From the NCBI GenBank assembly GCA_951406725.2, contig OX597817.1, forward strand, positions 5,580,001 to 5,644,000: 64,000 bases of DNA, in the 5' to 3' direction. This DNA comes from Octopus vulgaris. Lineage: Eukaryota. Below the pieces are notes generated by a model that searched no databases, was not told where the DNA came from, and worked only from the letters and a program-made list of their open reading frames with translations. Within the stretch, counting starts at the first letter, position 1; every line of letters starts with the position of its first letter. The position numbers and the translations under genes are program-made. Of the stretch, positions 51,327 through 63,887 are shown piece by piece.

Positions 51327-51560
51327 AATTTCGGCGATGTTCGAGGTCCTGCAGTTTTATTATGTGACTGCAATTTATTGTAGCTGTATGTATGCATGTC
51401 GCATTTTCTCTGTATTGCATTTCGATGTTGCAACTTCAATACATTGTAGGCATGTCACAGCGTTTGAATATAGTTGCTGCAATTGTTTTTGAAGGTGTGC
51501 ACAATGGAATGCGTAAGTTTGTATATTAATGTAAGCTTCTATCTATCTATCTATCTATCC

Positions 51561-51591
<31 letters not shown>

Positions 51592-52229
51592 GTTATTGTT
51601 TGAAGTTGTGCAATCAGAACATAATTTTTGTGCAGCTGCAAATAAATATGCTTACATGGATGTAAGATTTTTTTATGCGTGTGTGCACACCTGTGTATGT
51701 CAATGTGCCATAAGAAATACTCTTTGAAGTGTTGCAGTAAAAATAGATGTGCACAACTGTTGTACAACCGGCTTAGCTTCATATTGAATGCATTCTGGCT
51801 CTGTATTGCAATATAAAACCCTGCCTAGTTATTTGGAACATATATATATGTATGTCTCTATATATGTGTTTGTTTGTATGTATGTTAGGTCGTGCATGTA
51901 TGATGTAAACCGTTTCGCTTGTGCAAAATACTTATGCGCATGATCTATTTTTTCAAATTTCTCCTCAATAGAGAAGGAGCCGGTTTGCAACATAGAAATA
52001 AAGATCTTTCATTCGAATTAGGCACAAATCAGCCTGCTGGACTGATTGTACGTATGAGTATATCTACATGAGTCGTGGAATAGTTAAGAAGTTCGCGCTC
52101 ACGTTCATAAAGTTTCGGGTTCTGTTCCACTTCAGACACATTGAACTAGAATCTTCCACCCTTGGATCTGGCCGAAACAAATAACTAGGGAGTGGAATTC
52201 TTTAAAAAGCGACATATCATTCATTCGTA

Positions 52230-52447
52230 TACTCTTTTACTTGTTTCAGTCATTTGACTGCGGCCATGCTGGAGCACCGCCTTTAGTCGAGCAAATCGAC
52301 CCCGGGAATTATTCTTTGTAAGCCCAGTACTTATTCTATCGGTCACTTTTTGCCGAACCGCTAAGTGACGGGGACGTAAACACACCAGCATCGGTTGTCA
52401 AGCAATGCTAGGGGGACAAACACAGACACACAAACTCATACACACAC

Positions 52448-52479
<32 letters not shown>

Positions 52480-52641
52480 GACAGGCTTCTTTCAGTTTCC
52501 GTCTACCAGATCCACTCACAAGGCATTGGTCGGCCCGGGGCTATAGCAGAAGACACTTGCCCAAGATGCCACGCAGTGGGACTGAACCCGGAACCATGTG
52601 GTTGGTTAGCAAGCTACTTACCACACAGCCACTCCTGCGCC
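52230..52641 (-). mobile_element. SINE family 3, full length
   Basis: Family consensus with internal (CA)/(TA) microsatellite. Confidence 0.9.
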
Positions 52642-52874
52642 TATATGAATTTTTGTATGTATTAAAGCTACTTCCTCGTTGGTTATATGCGCTTCTTGCG
52701 TTTATAAATCACCTGTCTGGTGTCATAGTAGAATAGAGTATTGAACAAAGTAAGTATTCAGTTACTTTCCATTGAGGTCTGAGTTTAAATCCTGCTTTAT
52801 CAAGTTCAACTCTCCCATATCTTCAAAATACGTTGTTTTGTGTCTGCGTTAGAAGCTATTATTATAAATAGGAG

Positions 52875-53500
52875 AAGGACGGCCGGTTGGTAGAAATCTT
52901 AGTGTCAAACATTTCGTCTACCGCTATGTTCTGAGTTCAAATTCCGCCGAGGTCGACTTTGCCTTTCATCCTTTAGGAGTCGATTAAATAAGTACCTATT
53001 TCTTTACTTCCCACATGGGGCTAAACATAGTGAGGACAAACAAGGACAGACAAACAGATTAAGTCGATTATATCGATCCCAGTGCGTAACTGGTACTTAA
53101 TTTATCGAACCCGAAAGGATGAAAGGCAAAGTCGATCTCGGATGAATTTGAACTCAGAACGTAACGGCAGACGAAATACTGCTAAGCATTTCGCCCGGCG
53201 TGCTAACGTTTCTGCCAGCTCGTCGATTAAATAAGTACCAGTTACGCACTGGGGTCGATACAATCGACTTAACCCGTTTGTCTCTGTGTAGCCCCTTGTG
53301 GGCAGTAAAGAAATAAGAAATCTTAGTGTCGAACAATACGCTATGCGGTATTTCTTCTACGTTCAGATTTCAGATCCCACCGAGGTAGGTCAAATTTGCT
53401 TTACATTCTTTCAGGGTCGATGTAATAATGTAATGCTCGTGTATTAGGGTCGATGGCATCGGCTAAGCAGCCCACTCTCTTAAAATTGCTGACCATATGC
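52875..53500. mobile_element. Triple-nested SINE family 1 complex
   Basis: Old + copy contains a + copy (52912-53315, TSD AGAAATCTTAGTGTC(A/G)AACA), which contains a - copy (52997-53221, TSD GTCGATTAAATAAGTACC). Confidence 0.85.
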
Positions 53501-53505
53501 ATTAA

Positions 53506-53896
53506 TCTTTATATATAAAAGTGAGGTTGTGTGCTGTCTATCTCCTACGATTTAGATTCCTAACTACTCCCACATTTTGCGGTGCAGTTTACCCAAAACC
53601 GGGTATCTTATAGTCGTGATTCATATCGAGCCCTTCTGGGTATTAGCGCGCGTCTACGATGAGTCTACGATTAAAAAAAAAATTACCATCAATTTTTTTT
53701 CCATTTTTAATGCATTTTTGGCATATATAAGGGAAGTAACTCTCTAAAAATTTATTATTAAATCTCAGAACGTAAAAAGCTACAGTAAAGCTTTGTGGTT
53801 AGCCATATTGAGATGGCTATTATACTTTACATCTCTAAAAATGCTTATATAGTTATTTCCCTTACAAACCCGAGCAACGCCGGGCGATACTGCTAG
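53506..53896 (+). mobile_element. Non-autonomous Helitron
   Basis: A|TCTTTATATATAAAAG 5' end; CCCGAGCAACGCCGGGCGATACTGCTAG|T 3' end identical to 2865-3250. Confidence 0.85.
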
Positions 53897-55734
53897 TCAG
53901 AAATAAAGGGGAAGAGAGAGAATGAAACGGACCATGGTATCTCGAACTGCTCAGTCTATCATTTTCTCTCCATGGCTGTTATTTAGTACTTAAAGCTGTG
54001 TAACACCACTATCTTCGTGTCAATTTTACATTAGAATGAACCGTGGTGTTCGTATCTTTCTTTTCTTTCTGAGAACGCAAGTCCAGTTATTTGTTCCGTA
54101 CAAATTGGTAGGTTTTTTTACATTGTAATCCACTAATGTTTGGGATTAGTCAGAGTTTGTATTTTAACTACTGCAGTCAGAAACTTCGCAATAATAAGCT
54201 CATGGATGACTTCTCTCTTATTTCTTCCTTCCTTTTTGTTTTCATGTTGGCGGAAAGTACTTTGACATAGTGTTAGTATTGATAACAATATGCTGTTGAT
54301 TTCTGATAACAATATCCTGTAGATTTTATTAAAATGTGTTTCAGTAACGGTTAAATTTTACAAGGTTGGTCAGTTTTGCTTGTTCTTCTCTTATTCCTTG
54401 ATCAATATCTATTTGTTTCTCATCATTCTTTCCACACTATTCTAGCAACAGCCTCATCAATATTTCTATCTACGTTTTCTCCACTTTCATTTGTTTTATT
54501 ATTATTTTTTTCAATGTTTTACTTTCCGCACGATGTATTTAAGATTTCTTATTCCTGACTCGTATGGAACTGACCTTTGCTATCTGATATTCTATATGTT
54601 CAGTACTTCAAGTTCAGGATTACTTCTGGTTTATACCTCCAATGCTATCCATTTTCACTTCTTTTAAAGTAAATATGTACGTTTCCAAATGAACTGGTTG
54701 ATGTTTTCTTGGTTTCGAAAGAATGTGTAGGTAATAACAGTGCTTCTTAACCTGGGATGTATACCTTTGTGTGTGTGTGCGCGCGCATTGTATGTAGTGG
54801 TATTGTAGGTAAGATATTGAGTTCAAATTTTGGTTAAAAGGCCTGCAATTTTTGAAAAGTGGTAAGTTGATTACATCAACGTCTGTGTTCAACTGGTAAT
54901 TGTTTTATCGATCCCAGTGCTCAACAGGTATTTGTTTTATCGAACCCGAAAAGCCGGAAATCAAAGTCGCCCTCAGAGGACTCTGAACCCGGAATATAAA
55001 GACAGACAAAACGCCCGGCCGGCCTGCTAACGAATTATAGGTAAGATATTGACCAACTAAATCCAAGATTATGATTTCAAATTCTTATACGCTTTACATT
55101 GTCTAAGCAAGACGCTTTTGTCTATATTACTTCATTTCATGTATCTAGAGAAGCTAGGTACCTGACACGGCTGTGAGTTAAAGGATTTCGATTCGAAAGT
55201 ATGTGGCTTAAGTTCCGAACACGCTATGCAGAACCTTAGACAGATATTTTCTACCAAAGCCTTGGATCGACTAATTTTTTCTGAATGGATCTGAGTTGAA
55301 AGAAAAAGTGTAGAAGCTAGTCATGGAATATAACTTCTTCGTTGGTCAACTTAATCCATCTTCCACTTTAACACCGCGATCTGGAACTTCCTTTCGGCGG
55401 AGCACAAACCGTTTTCAGTAGTCAGGTCAGATATGCGGTTTGATGATCACATTCTCTTTCTTTGCTATCCGTGTTGGTGGCACTAAAATGACTTACGGTT
55501 ATTGCCCTTCCCCTTTTGGTTCAGCAATTAAAAGAAATGCTCCTATTAGTTATTGATATATATCTGACATTTTCTTACAATAATTCTAAGGATAAATACT
55601 TATCCATTGCATGTGTGTGCGTGCGGGCGCGTGTGGTTGGGAGTGGCTATATTCGGAGTTTGTGTGTGAAGGATTCATATATGAGGGAGGAGTGCGTGTG
55701 ATGGTTTGGGTACGTTTTGTATGTGTATGTGCAG

Positions 55735-55786
<52 letters not shown>

Positions 55787-57188
55787 TGTGTGTGCGTCTA
55801 GTTATGCCAATTGTTGCCTATGTGTCGTTTTAATATTTCTTCAGGCTTGTTTGCAACTATGAATCAAAACCCTTTTACTGGGCTTTTGGTAACAATAATA
55901 CTTGTACGTATTTTCACTGTTCGACCACAAATTGGATTTACACAATACAGGTTATACGGCCTCTTCTTTGCTTGAAAATCCTAGCTTTTCCAAACTAACA
56001 CCAAGCAACAGAACTAAGTACATTACAATGATGATAATTACAAATTCAAAATCCGGTAAAGAATGATATTACAATTTCTGTAGCCATCAAAATCATCTCT
56101 GGAGATGGAAGTTCTTTTTCTAAATATTAACATTTATACTACGTTTCGTTCGGTTTGTTCTCTGCTCTCCATACGTTTACATTTTGTAAGAAGGAATTTG
56201 ATGATTGTCGGACATCCAATCAATTGAAATATAATGTGAATGTAAAACTTAGTAAAAGTAAAAAAGGTTCATCGCTAGATAAGAAGTTATTTGATTTGGA
56301 TAAAATATAAATATATTCGTGTTATGACTTATTCATCATAGGCATTTAGACTGCTTGGGTGAACAGGCTGTAGGTTTCCTTATCGTCTGTGAATGTGCTT
56401 TCTCACTGACCATTTCATAAACTTTTAACGTTCCTTGGACATCTTGCGCGTTTAAATGCTTGTTCACGTTTGTTGTTGTGTATAAAATTTTAGCTGTAGA
56501 AATTAACTACACTAGCGTAGACTGGAAGAAAAAGAGCACAAAAATGTTTACCTTTTGCTGTATTGGGGTATTTAGGGCTCCAAATATTCGAATTTTTGTA
56601 CTATCAGACAGCCAACTATTAATATATACTTCATTGTGTTGTTTCCCTTACTCTCCTTGGCGTTTATCTGTGTTCATTACTTAGACGCCAACGGTAATGA
56701 ATCTCTGAAACACATGTCAGCATGTTTAGAGTTTTAAGGTGGCATATGAAGAAATCTTTATTATATAAAAATGTTATCTAATAAGCAAGTAGCTAAAACA
56801 AAAATACATGTTTCCATGTAAGTGATACTTCAATTACAAGATTATTAAAGAAATTAATATTTCGACATGCTGGGCTAAAACGGTTTGTCATTGCTGACCT
56901 AGACGGATAGATTTCAGTGAATCGGGTCACATAGTTGTATGTGATGCTATCGGACGTATTGGCTTTCTATTTTAGCAGAACAACACGATGCAAGTGTTGC
57001 TTGTACATTACTAACTTGAAGTCTATTAAGTTTGAGTAATTTAGTCAAGAGATTGGGCCATTGTTCATGACCTTTGCCGCATATTCGAGCATCACGAGCG
57101 GCAGAATTCCGGGTGCTGGGGTAGCCAACCATTGTGAGTATTACTTGAAGTTCGTAGAAGGTCAGCAATTCATCAATTGATAACAAAC

Positions 57189-57437
57189 GCATTGTTCATG
57201 ACCCACGAGGCCTCAATAAATATTCGGTTTCTGTTAATCAAAAGATATCTTTAAATCCTTAAATCCTTAAAAATGTTTCAGCTCGAAGGCCGCAGCCATG
57301 CTGGGCCACCACCGCTGATATATTTAAATTAAATTAGTGAGTACATAGAAAATTTAGTCAACAATTTACTTCAAATATATTTTTTGATTAACAGAAACCG
57401 AATACTTATTGGCGCTTCATGGGGTCTTGAAAAATGC
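57189..57437. repeat. Imperfect inverted repeat (arms about 60 bp) enclosing a short LINE-type 3' tail
   Basis: CAATAAATATTCGGTTTCTGTTAATCAAAA / TTTTGATTAACAGAAACCGAATACTTATTG; internal TGTTTCAGCTCGAAGGCCGCAGCCATGCTGGG preceded by (TTAAATCC) repeats. Confidence 0.75.
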
Positions 57438-57806
57438 CTAAATGTCTTGCCTATCATACAATAAAAATACTGAGAAGACGACTCACTCACTACTGCAAGT
57501 TTGTAACATGCTTCTTAGTCTGATTGTACTGTCACTACTCAAAAGTCAAAGTCAGTATGCCCGATACATGAAACCTCAATTAATATTAAATTTGGTAAAT
57601 TGAAACATGAAACTCAGTAGACACACTACCTATAAATTTTAGGTCTATAATAATAATAGCAACAATTATAATAAAACAAATAATTTATATAATGGATGAA
57701 TTAAGAATCCCTTTTATCATTTTAATTTTGTTCTATGTTTAAAAGATGGGGAATTATGTACATTATTTACATTTGACGGATATTTGTCTTCATCTTGTTT
57801 GTTGTT

Positions 57807-57852
57807 AACACAACGTTTCGGCTGATATACCCTCCAGCCTTCATCAGATATC
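57807..57852 (-). ncRNA. Minimal type I hammerhead ribozyme motif (Penelope-associated type)
   Basis: Minus strand GATAT-CTGATGA-A-GGCTG(GAGGGTATAT)CAGCC-GAAA-CGTT-GTGTT: intact core boxes, 5-bp stem II, palindromic AACGTT stem III, wobble-rich stem I. Confidence 0.7.
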
Positions 57853-57932
57853 TTGGGGAAATTTCGAACCTGGGTTCTCATTCCTAAGGTAGTTTTCGAT
57901 GTTATTATTATTGTTATTATTATTATTATTCA

Positions 57933-58005
57933 GGTCACTGCTTGGAATCGAACTCGGAATCTTGGGGTTAGCAGCCCGCACTCTTAACCACAACGCCATG
58001 TACCC
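57933..58005 (-). mobile_element. tRNA-Ser(GCT)-like Pol III head (SINE-like, not a functional tRNA)
   Basis: GGGTACATGGCGTTGTGGTTAAGAGTGCGGGCTGCTAACCCCAAGATTCCGAGTTCGATTCCAAG: A box, GGG-CTGCTAA-CCC anticodon arm, B box; acceptor stem imperfect. Confidence 0.75.
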
Positions 58006-58646
58006 GTGGGGCATATGGCGTTGTGGTTATAAATCAGAACTTAAACAATTGCAACGAAATACCATGATACATTTTCTCTGGTGTTCTACTAAATTTCCAA
58101 ACACATTCCTCTTTGACTAAACAGTATTGGTATTTGACGTTAAAAATTTTGTGAAATTAATCTTTATTGAAATGCCAGCCTGTGTTAGTTTTTGTCATAT
58201 TCCAATATGGATTGTTAAATTGTATATTTCTTGTAAAAGATTTCTCCATCGGTTTACCTTTAACTCGAAATTAGAAACATCGCCAAGCATACATTACTGG
58301 TTTTATATAACCTGTTTTAAAGTTCGCACTTGTGTCATACGTACTGAAACAATCTATGGAGACTTGTGGTATATGTATAAATCAATTGTTCTGTGTATCA
58401 CACATGACAGTTCCTGCTTCGGTTACAATGATGGGTAAATAATCGTACGAGTAACTAAACGTCCGGCTTTGAAATTGAAGTATGTATGACTGACTATTGC
58501 ACAGACACAGTCACTTATTTACGTCATTCTCAAATCGAATCAGCCTAGCAAAATATGTAGCGCGGATGAACCTTAATGATAGGCAGAATCAGTCCGATGG
58601 TCTTGCACGCAGTTTTGGTATACTGAAAGCCAGACTCTGATAAATA

Positions 58647-58864
58647 CAAGGGGTTGCTGAAAAAATTTCTGGCTTTAGGTTAAAGAAAGTAGAGGAAGAT
58701 CAGCTAATTACGATTTAATTCAACATATTCTGCTCTCAGATTAACACACTTACTACAGCGGTCTTTCAGTTTTTCTAAGTCCTGTAAAAGAACTCGGAAG
58801 GTTGGGCCTCCACCCAGGCCTTTCACGATACCCTTATGACCAGGAACTTTTCAGTATCCCCTCG
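58647..58864 (-). mobile_element. Mariner-derived MITE retaining the transposase C-terminus
   Basis: TIRs (TA)CAAGGGGTTGCTGAAAAAATTTCTGG / CCAGGAACTTTTCAGTATCCCCTCG(TA); minus strand LLQDLEKLKDRCSKCVNLRAEYVE. Confidence 0.85.
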
Positions 58865-59013
58865 TACACACTTACCTCTCAAACCCGCCAGTGGGGTCGA
58901 ATCAGAGAATTCATGTTTGCAATGCGAAGTTATTAGCCACTCGGCCATTCCACTTATCACACATAAAGATACTGCACTCTCTCTCTCTCTCTGTACCTCT
59001 CTCTTTATCTCTT

Positions 59014-59068
<55 letters not shown>

Positions 59069-59121
59069 CACATACATACATACATACATACATACATACA
59101 TACATACACACACACGCATTC

Positions 59122-59465
59122 ATGTTTCAGTCATGCGGCTATTGTGGAGCTTCGCTTTGAAGAAACCCTTTGTTGAACGAATCGACCCCAGTACTCTCTT
59201 TTGTAACCCTGGTACTTCTTCTATTGGTCTCTTTTGCCGAACCGTTAGGTTACATAGATATAAAGACACTAATTCCAGTTGTCAAGCGGTGGTATGGGAC
59301 AAACACTGACACAAAGATACACACAAACATATAGATATACATGTATAAATACGACGGACATATTTCCGTTTCCTTCTACCCAATCCACTGACAAGCCTTT
59401 GGTCGGCACGAAGCTATTATAGAATACACTTGCATGAGGTGTCACGCAGTGAGATAGAACCCGGA
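59122..59465 (-). mobile_element. Diverged SINE family 3
   Basis: TGTTTCAGTCATGCGG..TTTTGCCGAACCG..GTTGTCAAGCG..ACACTTGC..GAACCCGG. Confidence 0.75.
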
Positions 59466-60176
59466 ATCACGTTGTTGAGAAGCAATCATCGTTCGGCGAT
59501 GAGGATTTAGTTATTTGACCAACTGAATTACTTGCCTCTGAATACATGTAAGCGGTGGAGCATTCCACAGACAATTGTATCCGTAATGTAATTCTCAGCC
59601 AGAAACCACTCAAAAAGCTTTTATACAATTTCCATCTGCCAAATTTCACTCTTAAGTTATGGGGCCATCTGAGGCGAGAGAATGACATTTGCCCAAGATG
59701 CCATAAAAATAGAACCCTGTTCCTCGTGGTTGTAAAGCAAACAGGTTAACCATTCAGATGTACACGCGCGCGCACGTATACACACGTATACACACCACAC
59801 ACACACATACCTACACACATGCATTACACAATCATGCAGGCTTACGCATACATATAGGGATACATAAATCAAGCGCATGCATACTTAACACAAACTGCTA
59901 AGACACAAAACGCAGCTGCATAAAGTTGCATTTCAGCTGCAAACACAATTTCCAATATTTCCAACATTCCTGCAACACATACAGCATACATGCATATGCA
60001 AATTGCTGCACCAACCAACGTGCTGCCGTAGGTATCCATGGCTCCTCCCACGTTCTCGAATGCACAGACAATTCAAATCAGCATACACAAATATGTGTGT
60101 GGTGCGCGGCGTGTATGTGTGTGTGTGTGAATAGGAGTGTATGGGCGTGTGTGTATGTACGTTTGAATTGCATATA

Positions 60177-60222
<46 letters not shown>

Positions 60223-62496
60223 ATACACACATACATACATACACTACAGTTATAACACTTGGCCGAACATGATGCATTACAGCTGTACATCAGCTATTCT
60301 AACTGTAAAATTTTTAATATTATTATTTACTTTCACAACTTGTGATAATATTGTACACTGGTAAACACTTGTTGAAAAACAATGCGCTATCCCGTAGTTT
60401 AACTGCAGTAATTAAATTTTTAATGTCTTACGAATATACACTTGTAAACGAACAAACCACACTTGTATAGCTCATGATATACCGTCTTAAAAGTAGGAAA
60501 GACTCTTTCGATATTATAACTCTTGATACACAGAGATTTTCAATGGTTAAGGCTGAAATATCTTGGATCATAGATCAGGTGGTTCCTAAATTCCCTGAGG
60601 TTAGAAGAGGTCAACCTCGGCCATATACTTAATGTTAGTCATTTATGTTTAGCTTCGATTTTTGTTTATATAATTATCATCATCATTTAAAAATCTGTAT
60701 TCCATGCTGGCGTGTGTTGTACGTTTCGACAAGGTCCGATTTGTCTGAAGGCCGCGTTGGCTTCCGATGCCTGCTTTGGCAAGGTTCCTACGGTTGGATG
60801 CCTTTCCCAACACCAGCCACTTTACAGAGTGCGTGGGTGCTTACTTCGTGGCACCGGTACTAGTGATTAATCAAACAACTCTCATGACCAGACCCTTTAC
60901 AAAGTGGGGACCCTTTATTGAGGGAAGCAGTTTTGTGCCAGCTGTTGTGAGACATAGGTAGGATTGTGAGACAGGAACAGGTATCTTTCTGTAGTGGAGA
61001 TACATGGCTACTCCAGCAGTCAAGAAAGAAAGGATGGTGGGAATGAGGTAACAAGATGTACAATCAAGGTACAAGACAATAGATGAAGAGATAATATGGA
61101 CCGATTATCAAGAAAGGATGGATGAGTAGGTAAGTTCACGTGAGTGTGGAGAATGATGGACGGGTTGAGATAAAGACGGAAGTGAAACAGTGAATGTTGA
61201 TGTCACTATATCCTTGATTTTCTTACAAATACTCAACAGAGTATAGTTCTGTATGTCGGTGAAGGGCATTCACTGAGACTTCATCGTCCTCGACGACATA
61301 ATCTGAAGGTCTAGTTCAGTGAATCGATAAAGATAGAATTACACCCCATATAAATTATATGTTTCGCCTGAACTTGTCTCAACGAAAGCTCGAATCGGTT
61401 GTACTAGGGCGAGATCTAATGCACTCAACAGGCTTCCTTTGTAACTCTTTCTTATTCTCATTTAGACTGTAACGACGAAACAGAGATGTAAAATTGTTAA
61501 AAGCTTATCGTACGAACGATAAAACCCGGTGTTACTTTAGACTGAATTACTTCCTTCGCTTGTACGAGTGCGTTTTATCTTCTATATTCTACTTGTTCAC
61601 GACCAAGGTGGGGAAGCACCTTGAAGGGTTTTAGTCGGACTATTTCAACCGGTACTAATTTTCTTTCAGGTCGAGTACTTATTCTATCGATCTCTTTCTG
61701 CCGAATCACTAAGCTACGGAGACGTATACAAACCAACACCGGTTGTCAAGTGGTGGGAGGACAGAAAAACACACACACACTTATTCAAGGGGCTAACAAG
61801 TTACAACAATCTCTATATCTGGCCACCTTGACTAAAGACCAACAAAATGACAAAATGGATGAAACAATATATTTTGTTGGACTAAGGAATGAGTTATATA
61901 TAAAATGTACGCATACACTCTAAGGCACCCACAGATACAGAAAGATACACATGAAAAAACCGACTCACAGCCACAGAGAGACTCGGCACCCACAGGGACA
62001 TAGTAAATGATTGGCTTTCACAGTTTCTGCCTATCAATTTCACTTACAAGGGACTGATTGACTCGGAGCTATAGAAGAAGACATTTGCGAACGTACCGCG
62101 CAAGAGGGCTGAACTCGAAACCAGATGGCTCCAAATTGAGCTTCTTCACCATACAACCGAAGTTATAAATATTTATTTATTAGTTTGGTGCCAAGGAGGA
62201 GGATTTGTCCATGTCCTTTCCATGCCCTCAGAGATAAAAGCGGTTTATGCCATTAAACTTCCGATTGAAAAGCTACATTTCGAAGACTGCAGGTAATCGT
62301 GCACAGGAACAGAACTTTAGAACGACGACGTTCTAAGGAGGAAGGGTTGGCAGGCTTTGGTGGACACATTCTGAGTGACGAGTGGAGGAGAAGATGAATG
62401 AGTTTGGATATGTGTATGAAGGAGATAGGAGAGAGAGAGAGAAGGGGGAGATAAATTAATAAGTATGCAGATTTGATCTATTCGCATTAATTACAA

Positions 62497-63887
62497 CTAG
62501 CAAATCTACCCATCGACGATGGAGGCATAAATTGAGGGAGGGAAGGCATAGCAGCAGTGTGTATTGAGAAGTGTGTAAATGGACTTGGTAGATTACTGGG
62601 TGATGTCTTACAGAAATCACATTATTGTTGCGTTCTATTGCAGCTATATGACATGTGTTTGCAACTAAGTGATACGTGATAACGACTCGCTCCGGAACTG
62701 AAATGGGCTCCTAGCCTCTGTATCCATGAATGGTTATGTTGACCACTCCTAACGAAAGCCGCAGCTTCCTTCGGCCACTACATAAAAAGTATTAAGAGAA
62801 AAATGTTATTTAGATATACTTTTATTTTAGGTGTTTACAATATATTTACGCTTGTTTATACTCTAATACATTCAACGTTCTCAAATTTCCTTAGTTAAAT
62901 TATGAATCTTATTCTTTTCGATTATATTAATATGATTTCAAAGCTTCTTTCTAGACGATATTTTCTGTTTGGTCGACATTCATTTTTAAATAACTGGAGT
63001 CCGTTGCTCTATTCATAGCGACGTGTGTAAACATCAGAGTGAGTAAAAACCAAACTAAGACTCACCTCTCACTGTTCTATGCGAATAATGTCTGGATGTT
63101 CTGGTACCATGGGTTGCTTTGATTGACAAAACTGAGATGTTTAAAGAACAGCAGCTTCGATTAGCCGTCTCGAATCCTGTTCGAGACCAACAAACTTCAG
63201 AAACCACTAAATAATTACACACACAATATACTGACACACACTTTTTCCATTTTATTTTCGCTATTAATCGTCCTCGTGACCCCCTTCGTATCTACGATGG
63301 GGCTACGAATATACGATGAAAATTCATAGTTTCTCGTGGTCGGTGAATTTTTAATGAAAATGTGAAGGTGGTTTTTCAATTCAAAAATCGGTATCCACGA
63401 AATAATCACACTTCCTGATTTCTTAATGCCAAAAATCTTCCTCGCGACTACCTTTGTAATCCCCGAAAAATATCGTAACCATTGGTCCAGTCGTCTGGCC
63501 GTGAAGAGGGAACAAAGAGACGGACAGACAGACGGACGTAACGCCCATTATAGTAAGGTAGCAAATCTGCCCATTTGCGATGAGAAATAAAGGGATAATA
63601 TCGCAAATCTAAACCCTCTGAATTCACGAACTATACGGGGGTGGGGATAATCCAGAGTTAATCCTCGTCGCCGGAATTTTGATAAAAAAATATCAAAGGG
63701 GATTTATTAATACAAAACTCGATACCCACAAAATAATCATACTTTTTCACATTCTTTTTTCGCTAAAAACCTTCCTGATTACCCTCTTCGTAACCCCGAA
63801 AAACATCGTGACCATTGGTCCAACCGTTTGACCGTGAAAAGGGAACAGAGGGACAGACAGACGGACATAATATCCATTATAGCAAGA
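62497..63887 (-). mobile_element. Two head-to-tail Helitron-like non-autonomous elements (62497-63558 and 63559-63887)
   Basis: Each begins on + with (C)TAGCAAATCT(A/G)CCCAT..CGATG (minus-strand hairpin + CTAG) and ends with GGACAGACAGACGGAC..CCATTATAG(T/C)AAG; about 170 bp terminal homology between the copies. Confidence 0.7.

Noticed and set aside
56000-56700. Further decayed R4-like LINE segment on the minus strand
   Set aside because: Too degenerate to recover convincing motifs by eye
57933-58005. Functional tRNA-Ser gene
   Set aside because: Acceptor and T stems imperfect, no long variable arm; interpreted as a SINE-like head
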